Shown piece after piece: positions 16,513-23,548 of a DNA stretch of 30,834 nt. The notes below the pieces were generated by a model. It was not told the origin of the DNA. It worked only from the letters and a program-made list of their open reading frames with translations, and searched no databases. The position numbers and the translations under genes are program-made. Source of the stretch: a virus (lineage: Duplodnaviria > Caudoviricetes); IMG/VR virus record IMGVR_UViG_3300022178_005310, positions 1-30,834 of that record. One strand, written 5' to 3'. Numbering within the stretch: the first letter of the stretch is position 1; every line of letters starts with the position of its first letter.

Positions 16513-16610
16513 ATGAATTTAACTTTTGGTTCGTCATATAATGGATCTCGCTCAATAATTATTGTCACTCCATTTTTAGTTTGGATTCTACTCCAACTCT
16601 TGTGCTCCAT
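16494..16610 (-). CDS. 38-aa protein absent from the ORF track (MEHKSWSRIQTKNGVTIIIERDPLYDEPKVKFIKKATD), MCP-like fragment
   Basis: Manual translation; overlaps end of 16588-16797. Confidence 0.6.
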   Translation of the reverse strand: MEHKSWSRIQTKNGVTIIIERDPLYDEPKVKFIKKATD

Positions 16611-16797
16611 TCCCGGATGCACTTTTTTTCTTTTCAGGTCCATCTCCTATATTAGTTATTTCCACTCTGTAGCTCTCTGTTGGTATCTTTGGGTATTGAG
16701 CATTCTTTTTCCACTGAGCTATCTTTCTAGCCATCATTGGCCATGTGTACTCCCCTTCAGGCTTGTAATTGGGATCAGGCTTTTTTCTTCGGAGCAT
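16588..16797 (-). CDS. Small protein with MCP-like fragments
   Basis: 69 aa; EYTWPMM and PTESYRVEITNIG. Confidence 0.65.
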   Translation of the reverse strand: MLRRKKPDPNYKPEGEYTWPMMARKIAQWKKNAQYPKIPTESYRVEITNIGDGPEKKKSASGNGAQELE

Positions 16798-17017
16798 GAC
16801 AGCAAAGCTTTATGGATTCCATTTTAAAATCATTAATATCTTTATTTGTCACCGGTAAAGTAAACTTATGTACTACTAAAGCTTCATCACTATTATCTTC
16901 TAACTTAAATGTTACTGAGTTCTCAGCTTTATTGTATTGATAACCAGCAACATAGCCACACGGGTAACTACCTAGTCCATAATTAAGTTTTTTGAATTCT
17001 TTTTCTAAATCATCCAT
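16775..17017 (-). CDS. Small protein with possible MCP C-terminal-like fragment
   Basis: 80 aa; GYVAG...SDEALVVHKF. Confidence 0.65.
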   Translation of the reverse strand: MDDLEKEFKKLNYGLGSYPCGYVAGYQYNKAENSVTFKLEDNSDEALVVHKFTLPVTNKDINDFKMESIKLCCHAPKKKA

Positions 17018-17104
17018 AGTTTCTATGTAAATTGTTCGTTGAACAATTTACAACAAAAAAATTGGAATTCCTAGAAACTATCACATTATTTTGATACATG
17101 ATTT

Positions 17105-17136
17105 TTTGGAATATACGAAAGGTTGTCTTATATTTG
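17105..17136 (+). promoter_or_regulatory. Bacteroidota sigma-A consensus promoter
   Basis: TTTG(17105)-N20-TATATTTG(17129-17136). Confidence 0.7.
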
Positions 17137-17139
17137 CTT

Positions 17140-17519
17140 CATATAGATTGCACAGTGTTTTAATCAAGTACAATCTGCAGCTAATTGATCCACAAATATC
17201 AATAGGGTACAGAAACTTGAGGAGGTTAAAGTGTAATTGCTTGGATACAAGGAAACCTTTTACATATACGCTTAAGATTGGACTGGATATGGGACAAGTA
17301 GACCCTTCTGAATTAACAGACGTTATCAGCCCTTGGTACTCTAATGAGATGCACTGTCTTAAGGAAGTTGTAAAGAAAACTGCTCCTGGGCTTATCCTCA
17401 CCGGAAAGTCAAAGGGATTTTTGTATCTTTTAACAAAAGAAAAATTAAAGTTGTTTTATACATTGTCAGTAGATTATTATAATATCCTGTTACATTTATT
17501 TGTAGCAGGATTTTTTTTT
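17140..17519 (+). ncRNA. Candidate ncRNA (about 380 nt) bounded by promoter and terminator
   Basis: Promoter 17105-17136, terminator 17484-17519, several stems, no ORF of 60 aa or more contained within. Confidence 0.5.
17484..17519 (+). terminator. Intrinsic terminator
   Basis: ATCCTGTTACA-TTTATT-TGTAGCAGGAT followed by T8. Confidence 0.8.
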
Positions 17520-17567
17520 GTCGAAACTTTTCCATAGATTTGGTTGAAGTTTTTAAACATAAGAATA

Positions 17568-17912
17568 ATGACAGAAAATGCTGAAGATTTAATAGAAGGA
17601 GTAAAAAACCAATCTGCAGTTGATGCAGCAGCAAAAAGAATGATGAGCATACCTCCATCAAAAAGAAGAGTTCTCGAAATGACAGATGAATTGCTTTTGA
17701 AAAACTATGCATTGATTGCACACAGAGCAAGCTCTTTATCCTCATCTCAAAGAAAGATTGTTGAGGTAAGGATAGCTTATGGTGTAAGAGAGGGTCGGAT
17801 CAAAATGGAAGATGTTACAGCTCAAGTGAATGAGCTTACTAATTACATAGAAAAGCAATTAATAACAACAGAAAATGGTACCAATAATGACGATAGCACT
17901 ACTAAACAATGA
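17568..17912 (+). CDS. Hypothetical protein
   Basis: Start moved to ATG 17568 (MTENAE). Confidence 0.7.
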   Translation: MTENAEDLIEGVKNQSAVDAAAKRMMSIPPSKRRVLEMTDELLLKNYALIAHRASSLSSSQRKIVEVRIAYGVREGRIKMEDVTAQVNELTNYIEKQLITTENGTNNDDSTTKQ

Positions 17913-18126
17913 TAATCTTCTTAAGAAAGTTGGTGGATGTATAAAGAAGTGCAGACAGCAAAAACTAGAACTACTAACTCTGCTCACACCTCCTGGAATA
18001 TACATGGAGGTTTGTGAGGCCCTGAAGAATCATCATAAGGTAGATAGAGTAAGGTTTGGATCACAAACAATATTCGTAGTAGAGGAGATGAAGATTGAGG
18101 TTAGAAAAATTGATGGATATGTCTAA
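17875..18126 (+). CDS. Hypothetical protein
   Basis: 83 aa, overlapping operon. Confidence 0.6.
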   Translation: MVPIMTIALLNNDNLLKKVGGCIKKCRQQKLELLTLLTPPGIYMEVCEALKNHHKVDRVRFGSQTIFVVEEMKIEVRKIDGYV

Positions 18127-18436
18127 AGAGAAGATTACTTTGAATTCTATCCCGGTATATAGAACTGTAGAAGATGATGACTCGATAAAATATGTTCTCT
18201 TTGAAGATAATGAACATTACTCATCAGTTCTTTATATAGCGGCAGGAAGCACAAGGAAAGAAGAGTACTCAATAGTATTGCAACAGATAAGGGAGTTGAT
18301 AATGCCAAAAGATCCTGACATAAAAGAATTTGGAGTAAACGTAACAATACAAGAATATGAGCAAAGCAAGAGAGATAAGCAATGGTTACAAAAACCTGTT
18401 GCTAAGCAAGCTAGGTCTTTCGTCCACAAAGGATGA
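18119..18436 (+). CDS. Hypothetical protein
   Basis: Start moved to ATG 18119 (MSKEKI). Confidence 0.6.
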   Translation: MSKEKITLNSIPVYRTVEDDDSIKYVLFEDNEHYSSVLYIAAGSTRKEEYSIVLQQIRELIMPKDPDIKEFGVNVTIQEYEQSKRDKQWLQKPVAKQARSFVHKG

Positions 18437-18578
18437 AGAAGTCTTCAAAGCTAGAAGAAAAATTTGTAATGTGTGCCCATCACGGGACACATTATTGGAT
18501 AGGTGCAGATTATGCGGATGTCCGTTAGCTGCAAAAACAAGATCATTAACAACAGAATGTCCAGATAAGTTATGGTAA
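18357..18578 (+). CDS. Small Cys-rich Zn-finger protein
   Basis: RRKICNVCP...CRLCGCPLAAKTRS...CP..W. Confidence 0.75.
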   Translation: MSKAREISNGYKNLLLSKLGLSSTKDEEVFKARRKICNVCPSRDTLLDRCRLCGCPLAAKTRSLTTECPDKLW

Positions 18579-18856
18579 AAAAGATAAAGTTTAAAAAAAT
18601 TAAATTACTTAGTATCGTTCCTATTGCTAAAAATAAGATTAAAATGGAGTTTAGTGAGCCCTGGTTCTTTAAAGGAGAATTAATTTTTGGAACAAAAGAA
18701 GGCACTTGTCTCAAGATAGTAGAATCTGTAAATGAAAAAGGATCTTACGTGTGTTCACTTATATCATTAGGAGATAATATAAATGTTGGGGATGAGTTTT
18801 ACTCACAAGTAGTATCAGTAGAAGATTTTAATGAATTATTTAAAGATTTTATATAA
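18572..18856 (+). CDS. Small beta-rich protein, possible MCP insertion-domain-like fragment
   Basis: 94 aa abutting groEL; FSEPWFFKGELIFG. Confidence 0.7.
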   Translation: MVKKIKFKKIKLLSIVPIAKNKIKMEFSEPWFFKGELIFGTKEGTCLKIVESVNEKGSYVCSLISLGDNINVGDEFYSQVVSVEDFNELFKDFI

Positions 18857-20434
18857 ATGGTAGAAAGCAAATATAGTGATGAAGTAAGAGATGGTTTAAT
18901 GGCTGGAGTAGATAAACTCGCCAATGCCGTAAAAGTAACGCTAGGTCCAAAAGGACGTAATGTTATTATAGAGCAACAGTATCCATTGGATCCTAAAGTC
19001 ACAAAAGATGGCGTGACAGTTGCAAAAGAGTTTGAGCTTTCAGATCCTATTCAGAACATGGGTGCTACCCTGGTCAAAAGGATAGCAGAAGCTTCAAATA
19101 CATTAGCCGGTGATGGAACTACAACAGCAACTGTGCTGGCCCAAGCCATATTACGCGAAGGCATTAAGTTGGTAAAGGCAGGTTATAACCCACTAGACAT
19201 TAAGAATGGAATAGATAAAGCTACTGAGGCAATAGTTGCTAAGCTTGACAAGATGAAGATTGAGATACAGACTGGATCCGTGGCTATAAAGAATGTGGCT
19301 AGCATTTCTGCAAACAATGACTGGGAGCTTGGTGAGATAATTGCCAAAGCCTTTAACAGTGTGGGAGCAGATGGAGCCGTATCTGTAGAGGAGGGTAGAG
19401 GATTTACTACTACTGTAGATTTAGTTGATGGATTACAGTTTGATCGTGGTCTGCTATCAACTTTTTTCTCTACTAACCCGGAGAAAGTTGAGATGAATAT
19501 GCGTGATCCATACATACTAATTGTGGATGGAAAAATTACTACAGCAGAAGAAGTCATGCATTGGTTAGAGCCAGTTGCAAAGTCTGGACGACCACTATTA
19601 GTAATTGCAGAAGATGTGACAGGACAGGCGCTCTCAACGCTTGTAATGAATAAGACTCGTGGTGGATTATCACTGGCAGCAGTAAAAGCCCCTGGTTTTG
19701 GAAAGTATAGAAAAGAAGTTCTTCATGACATAGCGGCTATAGTCGGGGCAGAAGTAGTAAAGGTTGAGGATCTACTAACGGATGAAGGATATAAGTTAGG
19801 AACAGCCGAACTAGTAAGTTCCACACATCTCACTACAATTATTATGGGTGGAAACAAAAATGAAGAGGAGGCAGTGTTAAGGAAAAGCCAAATTGATCAG
19901 AAAATAAAATCCGAAAAGCTTACTCAGTACGAGATAGACAAACTTGAGGAAAGGAAAGCAAAACTATCCGGAGGAGTGGCAGTAATAAACGTAGGCGCGA
20001 AGAGTGAAGTTGACATGAAGGAAAAAAAAGACAGAGTTGACGACGCCAAGGAAGCTGTGATATCAGCACTTGAGGAAGGAATAGTTCCTGGAGGAGGCAT
20101 AGCCTTATTGATGTGTAGAGATCTTAAGATTAAAGTGAATCCTAATAGCCACGAAGGACTAGGTGTTTCTTTAATGATGCAAGCAATACAATCTCCTTTC
20201 AGAACAATATGTGAAAATGCAGGAGTTTCAGCAGATGTAAAGATGGCTGAGATAAGAAAGATGGACCCAGGCTATGGATACGATGCAAAAAATGATCAAT
20301 TCGTAAAAATGATAGAGGCAGGAATAATGGATCCCAAAAAAGTTACAAGGGTTGCATTAGAGAGTGCTGCATCAGTAATTGGTACAATATTAACAACTGA
20401 ATGCGCTCTTATAAGAGATAGGGAAGCAAATTAA
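18857..20434 (+). CDS. groEL: Phage-encoded chaperonin GroEL
   Basis: AVKVTLGPKGRNV, VTKDGVTVAK, AGDGTTTATVLA, FDRG, AVKAPGFG, EEGIVPGGG, DPKKVTRVALE; no GGM tail. Confidence 0.97.
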   Translation: MVESKYSDEVRDGLMAGVDKLANAVKVTLGPKGRNVIIEQQYPLDPKVTKDGVTVAKEFELSDPIQNMGATLVKRIAEASNTLAGDGTTTATVLAQAILREGIKLVKAGYNPLDIKNGIDKATEAIVAKLDKMKIEIQTGSVAIKNVASISANNDWELGEIIAKAFNSVGADGAVSVEEGRGFTTTVDLVDGLQFDRGLLSTFFSTNPEKVEMNMRDPYILIVDGKITTAEEVMHWLEPVAKSGRPLLVIAEDVTGQALSTLVMNKTRGGLSLAAVKAPGFGKYRKEVLHDIAAIVGAEVVKVEDLLTDEGYKLGTAELVSSTHLTTIIMGGNKNEEEAVLRKSQIDQKIKSEKLTQYEIDKLEERKAKLSGGVAVINVGAKSEVDMKEKKDRVDDAKEAVISALEEGIVPGGGIALLMCRDLKIKVNPNSHEGLGVSLMMQAIQSPFRTICENAGVSADVKMAEIRKMDPGYGYDAKNDQFVKMIEAGIMDPKKVTRVALESAASVIGTILTTECALIRDREAN

Positions 20435-20455
20435 CAGGCCTAAAATTAGGAAACG

Positions 20456-20821
20456 ATGAGCAGAACAGCTAAATTAGCTAAAGAAATAGAAAGGAGAGAG
20501 TGGTATAATAACCATTCTCCCTTTCCAATCTATGACACAGAGATTATAAACGATTTAAAAAAATTATTAATGGTTACTAAAAAAGACAATTACAACAGGG
20601 TCCCCGTCACCTACTGTAAGACTTGTTTAAGTCTTCATATAAAAGACGTTACATTTCCAAGATCAGATATTAGCGAACCGGAAGAAACGCAGAAGCCTGA
20701 TGCTATTGTTGGGTATTGTGTTGAATGCGGTAACAACGATATGGCAGATGTACAGATATCAGAATGGGAAGAGCTTTACGAAGAGAAATACGGAGAGCCA
20801 TTCATGCAAAAAAAAGATTAA
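20456..20821 (+). CDS. Zn-finger protein
   Basis: PVTYCKTCLSLHI...YCVECG...EWEELYEEKYG. Confidence 0.75.
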   Translation: MSRTAKLAKEIERREWYNNHSPFPIYDTEIINDLKKLLMVTKKDNYNRVPVTYCKTCLSLHIKDVTFPRSDISEPEETQKPDAIVGYCVECGNNDMADVQISEWEELYEEKYGEPFMQKKD

Positions 20822-21100
20822 ATGATTGACATTAGTATTCTGCAGGATTGGCCAAATAAGAATAAAAATAGATGTAGATACGTTTATTTTGATCATCTTA
20901 TAAAACCTCTTGAAGAGAAAGCAACTTTTTTTCACAATGCAGTTAATGCAGCTAATGCAATTGAAAAGTTCTTTTATCTTAAGACTTTGATAGTAGGAAA
21001 CGAAAAAGACGGATACAGTCTAAAAGTCACGATATACAAGATTACAAATGAAAAATATAAATATCAAGAGAATACACACAAGCAAAAAACAGATCTTTAG
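20822..21100 (+). CDS. Hypothetical protein
   Basis: 92 aa, abutting neighbours. Confidence 0.6.
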   Translation: MIDISILQDWPNKNKNRCRYVYFDHLIKPLEEKATFFHNAVNAANAIEKFFYLKTLIVGNEKDGYSLKVTIYKITNEKYKYQENTHKQKTDL

Positions 21101-21431
21101 ATACTGGCTTGAGTTCTTAAAGCCTTATCATAAGCTTAGGCAAAAAGAAATTGAGGCTCTTGGGTTAATGCTCTACTATAGATACGAGTTATCTAGGGAG
21201 GTTCTTAATATTGACCTTGTGGACAAACTCTTATTTTCAACAGATACAAGGAAACAGATCAGAGCTGATCTTGGGGATATGGATGCAAAAGTATTCAATA
21301 ATCTTTTGACAGCGCTGAGAAAGAAAGGAGTACTCCAAAAGAATAATATAATCAACCCGGGGCTTATTCCTAACATGTCAGAAGATGGATTCAAATTAGT
21401 ATTTAATTTTGAAATAAATCATAAACTATAA
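21048..21431 (+). CDS. Winged-HTH DNA-binding protein
   Basis: RKQIRADLGDMDAKVFNNLLTALRKKGVL...INP wHTH pattern. Confidence 0.7.
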   Translation: MKNINIKRIHTSKKQIFRYWLEFLKPYHKLRQKEIEALGLMLYYRYELSREVLNIDLVDKLLFSTDTRKQIRADLGDMDAKVFNNLLTALRKKGVLQKNNIINPGLIPNMSEDGFKLVFNFEINHKL

Positions 21432-21434
21432 TCA

Positions 21435-21707
21435 TTGAATAAAGCAGACAAATTAAAAGCACTTGAATTAGCTCATAAATATAATCTTGACTTAGCTGAT
21501 GTTGAGCTTATGATCAAGGAACCTTATGAATTTATTCGAGAAAAAACTAAAGAGTTGACATTTGAAGATGACCTTACTAAAGAGGAATTTAATAAAATGA
21601 AGACTAACTTCAACATACCTTCAATAGGTAAGCTATACGCTAGCCACTACCTATATAATAAAATTCAGGAAAATAAAAAAAAAAAGAAAAATTTGTATAA
21701 GAAATAG
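21435..21707 (+). CDS. HU/IHF-like small DNA-binding protein
   Basis: ELAHKYNLDLADVELMI...NFNIPSIGKLY; TTG start. Confidence 0.6.
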   Translation: MNKADKLKALELAHKYNLDLADVELMIKEPYEFIREKTKELTFEDDLTKEEFNKMKTNFNIPSIGKLYASHYLYNKIQENKKKKKNLYKK

Positions 21708-21757
21708 CAAAGAGTTATTTTTACAAAATATAATTATTAATTTTAAAATTGAAGTAA

Positions 21758-21955
21758 ATGCAAGCAATTATTAATGCAATCAACAAAGCTACAAAAGCTG
21801 GAGTTTATAATCTTAATGAAGTGCTAAATATAGCAAAACAGTTAGAACAACTAGGGGAAATAGTTCAGCAGCATCAATCTCAGCAAGAAGCTGTAAAGAG
21901 TATGAATAAAAATGCAGTTATGGCTGCAGATCTTGAATCAAAATCTAATAAGTAA
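21758..21955 (+). CDS. Hypothetical helical protein
   Basis: 65 aa, TAATG-coupled to next gene. Confidence 0.65.
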   Translation: MQAIINAINKATKAGVYNLNEVLNIAKQLEQLGEIVQQHQSQQEAVKSMNKNAVMAADLESKSNK

Positions 21956-22536
21956 TGAAAGAGGGAGCTATAACTAAACAGGTTAAAGCTTTGGAAGAAT
22001 CTCAGGCTAAGGAAGAAGGTATTAAAAACTTCTTTCAGGTCCGTGACAAAAGAAAGCGCAAGACTGGAGGACTCGTAAACGATGTTTCTGAAACCCTTGG
22101 CAATGAAGCTAAAGAAAAGGAAAGATTGTATAAAAAATCTTTAAAAGAAAAGATTCTACCGGATCATATAATACCAATGTTTAATACATTGTTTTTAACG
22201 GCCAGAAGAAATAAAGTGAAAACTGATAGTGGGCTTTATTTGCCTACAGCATCTTTTGGTGGTGAAGGAGCCACTGATTTAGAACTAGATTTCTCTGATA
22301 CACAGAAGGTTCTTGCGGTTGGGCCGCAGGTTCAACAGGCAATGCCTGGAATGGAAGTTAAACTTAACATGGAAAACTTTAAAAGGAAACTAGAAAGTAC
22401 AGTTGCTCAAAAAGTGAATAAAGAATTTGAATTCTTTTTACCATTAGAAGTCATTAACGGAATAGAATATATTAGAATAACAGAAAGAGATATCTCGTAC
22501 ATTTCAAATAGTATGGGCGTAAAAAAAGAAGAATAA
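21955..22536 (+). CDS. GroES-like co-chaperonin with N-terminal extension
   Basis: IIPMFNTLFL...KTDSGLYLP...KVLAVGPQV...PGMEVKL...EYIRITERDI follow GroES motif order. Confidence 0.75.
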   Translation: MKEGAITKQVKALEESQAKEEGIKNFFQVRDKRKRKTGGLVNDVSETLGNEAKEKERLYKKSLKEKILPDHIIPMFNTLFLTARRNKVKTDSGLYLPTASFGGEGATDLELDFSDTQKVLAVGPQVQQAMPGMEVKLNMENFKRKLESTVAQKVNKEFEFFLPLEVINGIEYIRITERDISYISNSMGVKKEE

Positions 22537-22537
22537 A

Positions 22538-22849
22538 ATGGATTTTAAAGAAATAGAAGAAAAATTAAAAGGAGTGCCTCAATCAGCAAATGTTAGATTA
22601 GCTAGAAAGAGAATTTCAGATCTTAAGCCAGTATTAGCTTATGCTCTCGAAGAAATCAAAGCTTCAGAAGTTGAAGAAAGAGGAGAGATTGTAACAGAGG
22701 TTCTCACTACGGAAGAGTTGTTGGCTGCAAAAAATATAGAGGTTGATGCAGAGAAAGTTGTAAATAATGAAGAGTTTTTAGATAATGAAAAAAATGATTT
22801 AATAAATATTCCTCATAGTCCAGGACCACTACCAGAAGCTAAAGAATAA
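22538..22849 (+). CDS. Acidic hypothetical protein
   Basis: 103 aa ORF. Confidence 0.7.
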   Translation: MDFKEIEEKLKGVPQSANVRLARKRISDLKPVLAYALEEIKASEVEERGEIVTEVLTTEELLAAKNIEVDAEKVVNNEEFLDNEKNDLINIPHSPGPLPEAKE

Positions 22850-22870
22850 AAATAACATACATTCATGATG

Positions 22871-22911
22871 ATAGCCTAACTTGACAGTTGGGCTATTTTG
22901 TTATATATTTG
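22871..22911 (+). promoter_or_regulatory. Hairpin/terminator overlapping a sigma-A-like promoter upstream of the packaging genes
   Basis: ATAGCCTAACT-TGAC-AGTTGGGCTAT then TTTG; TTG(22881)-N20-TATATTTG(22904-22911). Confidence 0.6.
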
Positions 22912-22993
22912 TTTTTACAGAGAAGATTAAGGTCAACACTAAGTAGCTACCGCAAGTTGTAAACAAGAGTAGTCTTAGAAAATTTGGAGAGGA

Positions 22994-23548
22994 ATGAATC
23001 TATTTGAAATTGTAAATAACAATGTGGAGTTTAGTCCACAAGCTTTAGCCATTAAAGTCTTTAAGACTATATGGGAGAAGGATAAGAAAAAGGATAAGTT
23101 TAGAGCTATACAAGAATTGTCATTTGTTTATTATATGTCTGATGAAAGAAGTGACTATATGTACCTTTTAGATGAAGATGAAAGACAATCTCAAGTTTGT
23201 AAAGATCTGGATCTTCCGGATGATTGGGTACGCGAGCAATACATTAATGATGCTATCGCATATTATGTCCGTGCTAGTATCACTACTAGTACTATACTTC
23301 TTGCTAGTACTAGGAATGTTATACAAAAGATTTCAAAGTTTCTTGACAATGTTGACATGAATGAAAGAGACTTAAGGACTAACAAGCCTATCCATGACAT
23401 CAATAAGATTACAGCGTCAGTGGATAAAATACCAAAGCTTGTAAAGGCTTTGAACGAGATAGAAAAAGAAATTATAAAAGAGAAAGAACTTAAAGCTCAA
23501 TCCGGTAATAAGGAGATTGGTATTTTCGATGATAACCAGGGTATATAA
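22994..23548 (+). CDS. Probable terminase small subunit
   Basis: 184 aa helical protein TAATG-coupled to TerL; function inferred from position. Confidence 0.65.
   Translation: MNLFEIVNNNVEFSPQALAIKVFKTIWEKDKKKDKFRAIQELSFVYYMSDERSDYMYLLDEDERQSQVCKDLDLPDDWVREQYINDAIAYYVRASITTSTILLASTRNVIQKISKFLDNVDMNERDLRTNKPIHDINKITASVDKIPKLVKALNEIEKEIIKEKELKAQSGNKEIGIFDDNQGI

Noticed and set aside
14421-17017. Single decayed MCP or terminase pseudogene
   Set aside because: Segments are out of order, on both strands, partly redundant, from different parent proteins and in intact coupled ORFs with promoters and terminators
17081-17745. ORFs 17091-17537(+), 17081-17401(-), 17398-17745(-)
   Set aside because: Atypical composition; they cross promoter/terminator signals or lie antisense to a better gene
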